From positions 310,001 to 374,000 of the forward strand of contig NC_058383.1 of the NCBI RefSeq assembly GCF_018350175.1: a stretch of 64,000 bases of DNA. The letters are read 5' to 3'. Numbering within the stretch: position 1 is the first letter of the stretch; each line of letters starts with the position of its first letter. Made by a program: the position numbers and the translations under genes. Source of the DNA: Felis catus. Taxonomy: Eukaryota. This document shows, piece by piece, positions 13,614 to 25,020 of this stretch. Under the pieces are notes generated by a model. The model ran no database searches. It saw only the letters and a program-made list of their open reading frames with translations, and was not told the DNA's origin.

Positions 13614-14980
13614 GTGCTACTTCCGTTACTTTCACAATGAAAGAATAAGTGTATTTTAAATAAAATAAAATTTAAAAATTTTCATCATTGTCAGGGGTAG
13701 GAGCGGGATCCTGTATGAAAGGGAAATACCATCCACCTTAGACTAAGAACTTTTCCAGTGAGAGATTTAAGTGAGGTTGAGGGAAAAATGTCCTGGAGAG
13801 TTGCCTAAAATACAGAAAATGTTCCACCTTTTGGATTTGGGCAGAAACTCACCCCAACTCTCCTTTCATGATGGGTGACTGGTGCCCAGGACCCAGGAGG
13901 GGAGCCTGCGTGGCCACAGCTCTCTAACAGGCCACCTGGGGCCATGACAGGACTCCTGGAAGGCACCCAGGTGGGCTTCCTTGTTGGGCAGAGGGCTGCT
14001 AGTGTTAGCAGTGGTGAAGACGTGCTGAATATAAACGTGACAATGTTTCTAAACATTGTCGGAAGAGCCTATTTCACCCTCACACGCGCTGCAATCGGAC
14101 ATGTGGCCTCTGACTGCAGGAATGACCACAGAAGCAAACGAGCCTGCGAGGCCCCCTCCCTCTCCTCTACATCGGCCTCAGCGTTCACTTCTCATCCTTC
14201 CCTCAGAAACAAGTCCCCAGGCCCCCAGCGGGCTGCAGAGACCCAATACCAGGCTGACCGTGATGGTGCTGACTTCTGGAGGGAGTCCTGCACACGGGAC
14301 AGTCAGTGCCTTCTCTGCAAGCCCAGGTGTGATACACGGGGCAAAGTCCCTTTGCCAGTGGGGCATTGAGGCCAGGGGCAGATGGCTGTGGCTCTGGAGG
14401 CTGGACTGGCCCTCCTGGGCCAGGGACCCTGGTACACCTCCGGTGGGGACACTGCACTACACCTGGGTCCACAGTGGCCCAGCTGACTCGCATTTACAGG
14501 GAGCAGTGGATGGAGCCCAGGCCAGTGATCTGGGCGGTGCCAGGCAATGCTGCAGCACAGGTCACTTCCCACCCTGCACCTCCAGAGAGGGGACCTCTAG
14601 CCATTGAGATTCTTCTGCCCATTCCAGAGTTAGACCCTACTGGGGGGCCCGGGAGATCCGATGGGACAGACTCACTCTTGTTAGGACTTAAGGTAGGAAA
14701 AGCCCTGAAGTAGGCTCCCTAGGAGAGAGAGACTGATTTCCTGACCTCGGCCTGGGAGTCCAGCGCTACCTGCGGGGCTGATTCTGGCCTCACCCCAGGA
14801 CCCAGGAGGTGGCTGAAGTGAATGTAGAGAAGCCTTCACCAAATCCCAGTGAAGGAGGATGCTCCACTGATTGGTGGGATAAAGGAGTGAATTGCTGAGA
14901 GGCGCTGGGTGCAGGCCTCTATGGGTGGGGGTCACTTGTGCTGGTGCAGGACCCCCCATACACCCCCACCAAAGTCAGGG

Positions 14981-15519
14981 CTCAGCACAGATTCAGCACG
15001 GAGCCAGCACAGACCCAGCACGAAGCAAGCACGGATTCAGCACACGGACCCAGCACAGACCCAGCACAGACCCAGCACAGACCCAGCACGGACCCAGCAC
15101 AGACTCAGCATAGACCCAGCACGGACCCAGCATAGACCCAGCACAGACTCAGCATAGACCCGGCACAGACCCAGCACAGACCCAGCACGGATTCAGCACA
15201 GACCCAGCACGAAGCAAGCACGGATTCAGCACGGACCCAGCACGGACCCAGCACATACCCAGCACGGACCCAGCAGGGACCCAGCACAGACTCAGCACAG
15301 ACCCAGCACGGACCCAGCACGGACCCAGCACGGACCCAGCACGGACCCAGCATAGACCCAGCACGGACCCAGCACGGACCCAGCACGGACCCAGCAGGGA
15401 CCCAGCACAAACTCAGCACGGACTCAGCACGGACCCAGCACGGACCCAGCACGGACCCAGCACAAACTCAGCATGGACTCAGCACGGACTCAGCACGGAC
15501 CCAGCACGGACCCTGCACA
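14981..15519. repeat. 11-bp minisatellite, unit (G/A)GACCCAGCAC, roughly 48 copies
   Basis: Direct period-11 tandem array with variants gactcagcac, gattcagcac and gaagcaagcac. Confidence 0.95.
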
Positions 15520-18204
15520 GCTGTGCCTGCCCTACACAGCTGTGCCTGGCCTCTCTGATGCCAGGCTCAGCTTGGAGGCTGCAATCTACTCCCTCCGCAG
15601 CTGCTCTGGGGCCAGGCGCCCGCTGCATTAATCCGTGCACTTCCAAGATCCCAGGGTCCGAGACCAGGGAAGGCAAGGAGGTGAGTGTATGGTGATGTCT
15701 GGAGATAGCAAGTCCAATGGTGCCACAGAGGGGACACCCTTGGACAGCTCGGGGAGCGCCAGCAAGTTTGGGCCACTTTTACGGGTGGTGTGGCCACCGT
15801 AAGACACTCTCTTACAGTACCTGCAGGAACACTCCTTCCCAAGGAACAAGTCATACACAATGGACACTGAGGAGTGGCAGCTACTCCCTCTTACTCGGCC
15901 CTTTTCGGTGTTGGCATCACCAGGATTACAGCCTTTTCAGAGGGACCTCTGTCTGGTTTTCAAATTGCTGGTGATCACTTTGTATTAAAGGTAATCTTCC
16001 ATTTGGGGAGAAGACTCAGAATATGTATGAAGGCTCGGGCAGAACGTTGAGAACACGCCCTGTGCATCTGCATGGCTGGAGCGCAGGGGCTCGTGGCCTG
16101 ACTCCGGACACGTCCAGACAAGTCTAACTGCTGTGGGCAGCGCTCAGCTTCATACCAGAGAAGTGGGCCCCTCCAGAGGGAGGAGGAATGTGTAGGGTTG
16201 CGGTTTTTTCCTAGCATTCCTGAGTCTAGACATGGGATAAGAACTTGGGAGGATTCTCAGCGTGGGGAAAGAGAGCTAAGGGCATGTGATATGAGCACAG
16301 CGTGTGCAGAAGTGTGGGCAGCAGGGATGGGCAGGGATGGGCAAGTCTGTACGGCCATGCACCTGGGCCTTTGTGGATCCTCTCAGCCACCGCTGCCCCT
16401 GAAAAGGCCAAGAAGCCACACTTATGCATGATTCCTGAGTCCTCGCACAGTGGAAGCCTTTTACGCCGGAAGAAACTGAACAAAGTCTTTTCAGCTTGGT
16501 GGCCTCACGTCAGGGAGGACAACCCTGGGTCCAGGGGAGCATCCCCACTGGGCACGACCACTGGCGACCAGCATCCTGGTGGCCTATGTCCTGTGCCTGT
16601 TCCAGCTTCTTTTCCCAGACGCTTCAGGGCCCCCGTCTCGTACAGGAGAAACGCCCAAATCAGAGGGCAGGGGGACAGCAGGGCGAGGGGACCTGCCATC
16701 TGCCCACAGAAAATGCCACGAACCAACATGCAGTTTTACACGTGACTTACACAACCCCGCGTGCCAAACGGCCCCACAGTGAGTCTTTCTTCACCTAGAT
16801 GCCCTGACCCAGGCTACAGGAGGTCATCTGGTTTCTTTCCAAAACATCCTAGGTGCACACTAGGGCATTCTTCCATGTACTGTAAGGTCTCGGTGTCCCC
16901 CCACACCCCACTTTTGTTGATCTGTGGTGTTCTCTGCTTAGGGAATTCCCTCCTTAAGCTCCCGGAGGGACCTGGGGCTCCCTGGGATGCCGGGGTCCCA
17001 CCTACACTGCAGGCCGCTGGTGTCTACCGTCCAAGCAGGCCCGCAGGTCCAGGGCAACAAGGGGAGCAGCCGGTACTCCCTTTCCTCACGAAGGCCGGGC
17101 TGCGACTGAGTCAAAGGGAGACCAGCACCTCAGCCTCCCAGAGAAGAGCGGACTGCCATGCCCCTGCACCCACACTCCCAAACAAGCACAGCTCTCAGAT
17201 GGGACTAGTCCCTGGCTGGCCTGACCCGGCTCCACATGACCCTTCAAACAACCACAGAGAAGCCAGAGAGGCCCAGGATGAACTAAAACCCAAGTGGGGA
17301 GGAAACCTGAAGACATCCGCAAGCGTCCACGACACAGCGCTGGCCTGTACCTCCTACGCTTCCTGTTCGGGACATCGTGCCGCACCAGCCATTTGGCGCC
17401 AGGTCCCCTCCTCAGGCCTCCCCCTGAGCGAACGGAAACCGCTCCCAACCTTCGTTTCTCCGTGTACTCGTCTGCCCCTGTCCCTAAATACAAGCTGCAA
17501 GAGGCTGAGGACTAAGCCTGTCTTACCCTGGGGCCACCAGGTAGAGCCGGACAGTGTGTGCCACCAAGGGGGTGCTTTGCCCACCAGGCCTGGTGCCCAA
17601 AGGGGCACACCTGCCGGAGTGGGCACACAGCTTCTGGCCATCTCCCCAGTGGAGGCCTTCTTCCATCGGCACAAAGGGTCTGTATGAGCTACAGGTGGCC
17701 CTGTGGCCTCCTCAAGCACACAGGACCCACCCCAGTCACCACTCCCAGTGTGTGCAGATCCCCATCACTGTCACATGGGGGTGAGGCCGCTCCTGGGAGC
17801 TGCCCTTCATCTCCTCCCCTTGACCAGCCGCCCTTCATCATTTCTCACCCATGAACCTCACACACGTGTTAAGATGCAGGCGTCCCGAACAGCACCTAAC
17901 AGATGAGGAGTCTCCCCAGTTGTCGTTGTCAAGCATGACCTGCCCACACGTTTCTGGCACGTTCTGAGCACGTTTCAAGCACAAGGTAACCAGGGTGACT
18001 CCAACAGGCTGAAATAAAACATAGTGGACGCATCAGCAAGTGTGGCTAACTATGGTAAGTGCCGGAATTTCCAAAGCCTTTTAAAAGTATTCAGAAAAAA
18101 ACTGGAAGCATCCCATTGTCAACCTCTCCACATCCCTAAGAGGTACTGGAATTCAGAACTCGATACCACTACTTTAAGATAATGGATCAAAGTAGAAACC
18201 TCTG

Positions 18205-18420
18205 GGGGCACCTGGGTGGCTCAGTGGGTTCGGTGTCTGACTCTTGGTTTTGGCTCAGGTCATGATCCCACGGTTTCGTGAGTTCGAGCCCTGCATCAGG
18301 CTCTATGCTGGTGGTGCAGAGCCTGCTTGGGATTTTCTCTCTCTCCCTCTCTCTCTCTGCCCCTCTCCCCTCACACTGTCTGTCTCTCCCAAAAATCAAC
18401 TAAAAAAAAAAAATTTTTTT
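18205..18420 (+). mobile_element. Can-SINE (older subfamily)
   Basis: Head ggggcacctgggtggctcagt; TSD aagtag(a/g)aacctctg. Confidence 0.92.
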
Positions 18421-18511
18421 AAGTAGGAACCTCTGACTTAAAAACATACGTATTTTTCTCCAGGTTTATGAAAACTTTCACACACACATAAAAGATGTTT
18501 TATAATGTACA

Positions 18512-18725
18512 GGGGTGCATGGTTGGCTCGGTCGGTTAAGCATCTGACTCTTGATTTCGGCTCAGATCACGGTCTCACAGTTCGTGGGATTGAGCCCCAT
18601 GTCAGACTCTGTGCTGCTGGCCCAGAGCCTGCTGGGGATTCTCTCTCTCTCTCTCTCTCTCGCTCTCTGCCCCTGCACCACTCACGCTTTCTCCAATCAA
18701 TCAACATTTAAAAAAAAGAAAAGAC
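18512..18725 (+). mobile_element. Can-SINE (older subfamily)
   Basis: TSD ttataatgtaca. Confidence 0.92.
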
Positions 18726-18982
18726 TTATAATGTACAGACATATAGAGATACTCCGTTACTAAGTACCATTACTAATGGTATTATCATTAGTACCTTCAC
18801 TACATTAACACTTTGGTTCATCACACAATTCTATTTTTTCCATCCTTCTATGCATCTATCATCAGTCTTTTTTTGCCAGCTACCGCTTCACCCAGTGTTG
18901 CTCAACAGCAAACACATGCCGAGTGACGAAACCACCAACCGGTACGTGCTGTGTGATTCCACTTACACAACGTTATGGAAAG

Positions 18983-19479
18983 CGAGGCCAGACACTTGGT
19001 TCTGGGACCTGCTGAGAGCAGAAGCTGTACCATAGTTGTATTATTAACCCAGCCTCCCATCCCATTCTTTTCTTGTGTTTCCCTAAGCCCTGCGCATGAC
19101 TCATCATTAACTTTGCCCTTTCCACTTTATCCCTTGTTTGCACATTGATTATAAGAATCTGATGGAAAACAGATGATAACATTTTTCTTAAAACTATCTG
19201 ATGTACCAGGCAGATCCCGATGGCGCCTCACTGTCCAGAAGAATGCATACCTTCAGTGGTTTCAAGACTACCCTCAACTTTCAAGAAGCCCATAAACTTC
19301 CCTTCACATACTCGCATTCTTAACCAATCACATATAAACTGTCCCTAGATTCAACAAGGCAAGGCAGCTTTGGGAATGACCCCCTGCCTCCTCGTTGGGC
19401 TGCCCTTCTGATAATAAAGCTTTCTGTGCTTCAAGAACTAGGTCAATCATTGGCTTACCACGCATCAGGTGCCTCAACA
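18983..19479 (+). mobile_element. ERV1-class solo LTR
   Basis: (c/t)gaggcc...ctcaaca ends with 4-bp TSD aaag; internal ccaat, tataaa and aataaa in LTR order. Confidence 0.75.
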
Positions 19480-19513
19480 AAAGGAGAAATCTCTATAGGG
19501 ACAGAAAGAGGAC

Positions 19514-19705
19514 GGGGCGCCTGGGGGGCTCAGTCGGTTGAGCGTCCAACTTCGGCTCAGGTCATGATCTCACGGTTCGCGGGTTCGAGCCCCACGTCGG
19601 GCTCTGTGCGGACAGCTTGGAGCCTGGAGCCCGCTTCCGATTCTGTGTCTCCCTCTCTCTCTGCCTCTCCACCACTCACGCTCTGTCTCTCTCTCAAAAA
19701 TAAAA

Positions 19706-19748
<43 letters not shown>

Positions 19749-19750
19749 AA

Positions 19751-19815
<65 letters not shown>
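19514..19815 (+). mobile_element. Can-SINE with tail expanded into (GA)n(GAAA)n microsatellite
   Basis: Full head; tail 19710-19815 is a compound microsatellite; TSD agaaagagg. Confidence 0.93.
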
Positions 19816-20009
19816 GGGAGGGGATCAGAGGTGCTTGGGACTGGGGTACGAGGGCCTGGTTGGAAAGGAGCACATGGCAACATCTCTGGTGATGGAGAGG
19901 TTCCACGTGTCGAATACGGTCATGGTTACACGAGTGCTCACGTTTGCCTGATTTTGTCAAAATGTACATCTAAAGTGGCTGCATTTTATGTAAGTTATAC
20001 CTCAAAGAG

Positions 20010-20231
20010 TTTTTTTTTCTTTTTTTTTTTCACGTTCATTTATTTCTGAGACAGAGAGAGACAGAGCATGAACGGGGGAGGATCAGAGAGAGGGAGACAC
20101 AGAATCCAAAACAGGTTCTAGGCTCCGAGCCGTCAGCACAGAGCCCGACTCGGGGCTCGAACTCACGGACCGTGAGATCATGACCTGAGCCGAAGTCAGC
20201 CGCTTAACCGACTGAGCCACCCGGGCGTCCC
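20010..20231 (-). mobile_element. Can-SINE (SINEC_Fc-type)
   Basis: polyT followed by reverse-complement body ending gagccacccgggcgtccc; TSD aagagtt. Confidence 0.93.
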
Positions 20232-20459
20232 AAGAGTTGATTTTTAAAAAGAAGTAAATGCTGCTTTGGACTCAATACCTCTTCATTATGTGACTCCTCT
20301 CTTCCTCTCGCCCGCACACCACCCACCAAGTCACAACTTCGCTTTGTGTCTACAGTCCCGGAGCACTGTCTCGACAACATCAACACCCTCTTGGTTCTCT
20401 CTAGGAGCCGGCCTTGCTGCTCTGTCCTGTACTGAACAAGACAGAAACTACAGAAAACA

Positions 20460-20760
20460 GTACATTCGTTTATTCATTCATTAAGCTGGTCAGGCAGCAA
20501 GTATTTGTTGTGTCTGTCAGCTCCGAGCCCTGTATTAAGAGAAGCTGGAAGTACAAATGACAAAGTCCACCCTGTACTTTAGAAGAGGTAAAGAGACCCA
20601 ACGTGAAATCAGCACAGTACTGCTATCAGCAACCGGTTGTGCAAGTGCCAAGTTCTGGAGCTCAGCACGCCCACGCAACAGGGATCCGCGTCTTCTCCAC
20701 TGTCAGGAAAGGCTACCAAGACACGACATCTGAGGCAGGTCTCCAAAGACACAGTGCAGA
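20460..20760 (-). mobile_element. L2 3' fragment
   Basis: attcgtttattcattcatt...aagtatttgttg is the antisense L2 tail pattern. Confidence 0.5.
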
Positions 20761-21385
20761 CGGAGGAACGAGGGAGCGTCCGAAAGGGCATCAGACAGAC
20801 GATAAATTACGAGATGGGAAGATGGACGAAACAGCATGGCAGTCAGGGGGAGCACAGCAGTTCAGCAAACCTGGAATGCAGGGAGCAGGGCAGAGGCCCC
20901 TGGCAGGCAGAGAAGGGACAGAGCGGGGGAGGAGGGGCAGCAAAACCAGTCCATCAGGTAGGAGCTTAGGCTGGAGGGAAACAAATGTATTAAAGTACAG
21001 ATATTTACACAAACACCCTATACACACATACACGTGACTTTGTTCACAGGTGCTGTCTCTGATAGTACCAACTTCCACCACCCAATTCTTTTTATAGACA
21101 TTATGGTAATAAAAAGTACAATTTTAGTACTTTAAAACCAGCCATTCACACACTTGAACAGGTTTATCTGCCAACCTGACAACTCCACTTACTCCTGAAG
21201 AGACAAAAATGGAGAAGGAAAGTGACCAAAGAATTTTTGGGTTCATCCAGAATACCAACTCTTCACTGGGGGGTAGGGGGGGGCAGGGAATCAGAACTGC
21301 CAAGGAGAGTTACACAAGATTTGTAAAGGCAGTGGTTTGATAATACATGGGTATAATTATAAAAAGATTAAGAAATTACTATTTA

Positions 21386-21599
21386 GGGGCGCCTGGATGG
21401 CTCAGTCGGTTAACCATCCGACTTCGGCTCAGGTCAGGATCTTGCAGCTTGTGAGTTCAAGCCGGGCATTGGGCTCTGTGCCGACCGCTCAGAACCTGGA
21501 GCCTGCTTCGGATTCTGTGTCTCCCTCTCTCTCTGCCCCTCCCTGACTCATGCTCTGTCTCTCTTTCAAAAATAAATAAATATTCAAAAAAATTTAAAA
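21386..21599 (+). mobile_element. Can-SINE
   Basis: TSD aaattactattta. Confidence 0.93.
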
Positions 21600-21839
21600 A
21601 AATTACTATTTAAAACCCTAATGTATGCTCATGATCGAAAAATACCAGAAAATATACAGTGCTCTTCATTTCCATGTAAGACATTATTTTTCTCAGCCAA
21701 GCTCCTTTTAAGGGACATTAATGAAAATCACATTCTTTCATAGCACACACGAAACACGAAATGCCCACTAATGGATGAGGAGCAATGCTGCCTCTTTTCC
21801 TTTCTTTAAACACAGACAGTTGACAACAGTCAGGCAGTA

Positions 21840-23100
21840 TGTCCGGGCCACAGGGACTCGGGCGCGCCGTCTTACTCCCTATTCTCTGCAGTCCTGGGAA
21901 GGCTCGGTCCCCCGGCGGGGACACGGACAAAGCGGCGCAACAGAGGGGCGCGGAGGCAGACCCGGGCGCTCGCAGCCGGGGTAGGGGGAGGACAGAGCGG
22001 CCACCAGCGGACGGCGGGGCTCTCCCTCCCGAGGACACCGAGGGGCACCACGCCGCCCGGGAAGGGGGTCGTGGCTAGCGACTGGAGGTGCCACGTTCAC
22101 GGGGGCGGGGAGGGGACGAGGGAAAGGTGACAGGAGAGGAAGGGAGCTGGACGGTCGGGACGGGAGGCACCTTCTCGCGAGGTCATAGGGCGGGGACGCG
22201 GATGGGGGCCGGGGGCTTCCCGTCGCCTCCCGATGGCGTCACAAGCCTGCGCGCACCCTGAGTGCACAGCGCGTCACCCTAAGGCTCGCTGACTGGAACC
22301 CGGGCCCAAGTCGAAGCCGGGGCCGGCTCTCGACGCGCGCTCCTGCCCCGCGGCGGCCACGCGCAACAGGCACCAATAAACACCTGCGGAAGGAGAACCC
22401 GCGGACTAGACGGGCGACAAACGCTGAAGGACGGAGGGCCAGCCTCCCCCTCAGCCCGCCAGACTTCCATAGTCTCGGCCTCCAAACCGCGCCTGCGCAA
22501 GGGCTGCCGCCACAGTACGCCTGTGCCGGCCTGAGCTACACTCCGCGCCTGCGCAAGTCCAGCTGCAAGCGGCGTCTGCGCAGCGCTGTCTTCAACGCGT
22601 TTTCTCCTCAGGCACATTCAAGTTTCTCGCTGAGCAGCTACACGTCGTCCGCTCAGTTCGGAGGGACACACAATATCTGGGTTTTCTTTAGCTCGCTCGA
22701 CCACCATCGTGACCCGATCTTCCCCCACCCACCCCCGTGTCTCCGCTGGAGAGCGCAGGAGCCGCCTCCCCGTTTCCTAACGTGTCCTGCAGCCCTGTTG
22801 TGCCGCTCTGCGCGTGCGCGGAGCCCCTCACCCCTTCAGCCGTTTGGGGTGGCGCTGTCGTAAGGCAGTCCGTTCTGCACGTGCGCAGAGCCTCTCCTTC
22901 CTCCCTCAGCCGTCTCTACAAGAGTGTCGTGCGGCGCCCTGCGATAGGCTCTACGCGTGCGCTGAGCCACCCCATGCAGACGGCTCCTGTGGTGGAGTCG
23001 TGTGGCGCTGAGCCTTTCCGGTCTGCGCGTGCGCGAGACCCGATTTTTTTTTTTTTTTTTTTTGGGGGGGGGTGGTCCTTTGTGTCTGAGTTTGCACCTG
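21840..23100. promoter_or_regulatory. Orphan CpG island with housekeeping-promoter motifs
   Basis: CpG-dense. Several NRF1-like GCGC-N-GCGC elements (22488, 22544, 22808, 22876, 23023), a BANP-like TCTCGCGAGG (22173), a YY1-like CGATGGCG (22231) and a CCAAT (~22373). Confidence 0.7.
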
Positions 23101-24419
23101 TGAGGGTCGCCACCTGCTCGGACACACAGTTCTTCGAGTTTTTCATTTTTAGTGTAACCCTTCACAAGGACGTCATGAATTACGTTTTCTTAAACACGAA
23201 TGATCTGTTTTGAACGTACATAGGAACGGTCACTCTTTAATGCCCTCGTGGTGGCCTCGGTACCACTGACCATCTTGGCCTAATTTGAGTTCCAAAGGCC
23301 CGAGGCCAGCGAAGCTCCTCGCTACCTTGCGGGGTCTTTGTGGGGGAGGTCGCTACCCCGCAAGGTTCTCGGCCACCAGGAGCCCAGTTTGGACTCTGTG
23401 GGGAGCGTGGGGTCAGACCAGGGGGGACCTTGGAGGAATGAATCTGGGAAGTGGGTGGAGGCCACTCAGAGCTGGTTCACTGACGAGTTCAGCACCAGAA
23501 GGGACTGGAGCATTTCCAGTTTTAGATGGGGAAATCTGCGGGGGAGGGAGTCAACTAGGGGTGTCGCAGGAATCACTGCCTTTGCTCCAAACACAGAGGG
23601 CAGCCAGGCTCCCTTTGATGGCCCGCGGGAATGCGCGGTGCTTCACAGTCCAGAAAGTGGGTGGGAGAGGCTGGGTCAGAAAAGCCAGAGAGCATGGCCC
23701 AGCGTGCAATACAGAGGTGCCAGTGTCAGTCCCGGGGATAAGTTAACCTGCACATAATGGACAGAGAAGGTACACACACCGTGGCCAAATAGGCCCTGTG
23801 CGGTCTGGGGCTGAGGGGACAGAGTGATGCCTCCTTTACCCGTAAGGTGAGAGATGGGCTGGGTGGGGTTGCAGAGGCTTCTGTTCAGAGTTTGCCCCCT
23901 GTGATGGTGCCGGGGAGCCCCCTCACACTCCACACCCCCTGAGAGGCCCAAGCTTCTCACCACTGTGTTTCTTGAGATTTGGGGGCTGTGGCTCTCGGGT
24001 GCGTGGGGATGGGAATGGGGAGATGAGTGGGAGGTAGGTTCGTAAAAGACCATGAAAACAAAAGCCAGAGAATCATGGCCACTCCTGCAGCCCAGTGTTT
24101 GAAATGAGACTGAGCAGTCGAGGCCCAGGCTGAAATGGAGGCTGAGAGAGAGCCTTCAGGAGGAGGGCGGGGGACCCGGCACCTCCAGGGTGGAGGGGAG
24201 GCGAGGGAGCCTTGGACCTGGCAGACTGTAGGGGCCAAGCAGCCAAAGCCAGGTCCTCATGGGCAAATTTGAATGTGCCCTGCCTTACAGGTGAGAGCAA
24301 TGTTAGACCAAGATAGATATGTATCAGTCCCAGAATGTCTTCTAGCATTTCTATTATAATTTGGTTTTAGATTATATTGCTGCTTGATCTGTCTCTTTCT
24401 CCTAAAAATGGAATACAAT

Positions 24420-25020
24420 ATAACAATTCTGGCTATTTCAGTTCTGGTTCATCAAGATTTTAGAGCACGAAGATTTTATTAGCTAATTAGAATCAATTAT
24501 AATTCTGGGATACTTAACAATGCCATTAGACAATTTTCCCCGTTGCAAATGGAGAATGAAATCAAGTGCATGTGACACTAACAGGATCTGTTCATCATCA
24601 GCAACTTTAATGGAGTTAAGTAAAGTAGCCCTGGGTGGGAAGACCCAGTCCATTGAACTGCCTTCACAGCCCTTCCAGAAGCCCCTAACTTAATTCCGGG
24701 GTGATGAAAGCCTTTCAGAGATCAAGGGAATAATGACGGACATAGATGAGACAGCGCGCAGAATCCTTCAATACGATCTTTTCAAGATCCATCAGCAACA
24801 ACGTCTAACCCGGATGGCTTGGTCCTGAGTTCCTTCACGATCAATACACCATTTATCCTGGTTTATCTGAATTATTTGTGCAGAAAATTTATTTGGCTTA
24901 CCTGGGAAGACTTGTTTATATGCACTTTTCTTTTTAGACAACCCTCTCTATTGTCATAGATTATTTTCTATCTATTTTTGAGTAATTCCTGGGAATAATG
25001 CAGAAGAGGCATTAGAAATG
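24420..25020 (-). mobile_element. Highly decayed non-LTR retrotransposon reverse-transcriptase fragment (L2/CR1/RTE-type, not L1)
   Basis: Manual minus-strand translation across frameshifts gives colinear RT-like motifs RNY...IERVV, LLLMDLEK, GLPTQG, TLLN..VADDEQILL, VKYPRIIIDSN. Confidence 0.5.

Larger units (their letters stand above)
18930..20005 (+). mobile_element. Old L1M 3' end, split by an LTR and a SINE
   Basis: gctgtgtgattccacttacacaacgttatggaaag | aaggagaaatctctatagggacagaaag | ...tctggtgatggagaggttcc...ttttatgtaagttatacctcaa reads as one continuous L1M 3' consensus once the inserts are removed. Confidence 0.6.

Noticed and set aside
14981..15519. CRISPR-like array or repeat protein
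   Set aside because: Contiguous tandem units with no unique spacers, in mammalian DNA.
16761..17687. 308-aa ORF
   Set aside because: GTG start, GC-driven composition, no domain or splice support.
24580..24830. Plus-strand protein-like reading (ELSKVALGG...DIDETARRILQYDLFK) suggesting an endogenous viral element
   Set aside because: No viral family recognised; the opposite strand carries ordered RT-like motifs that explain the block better.
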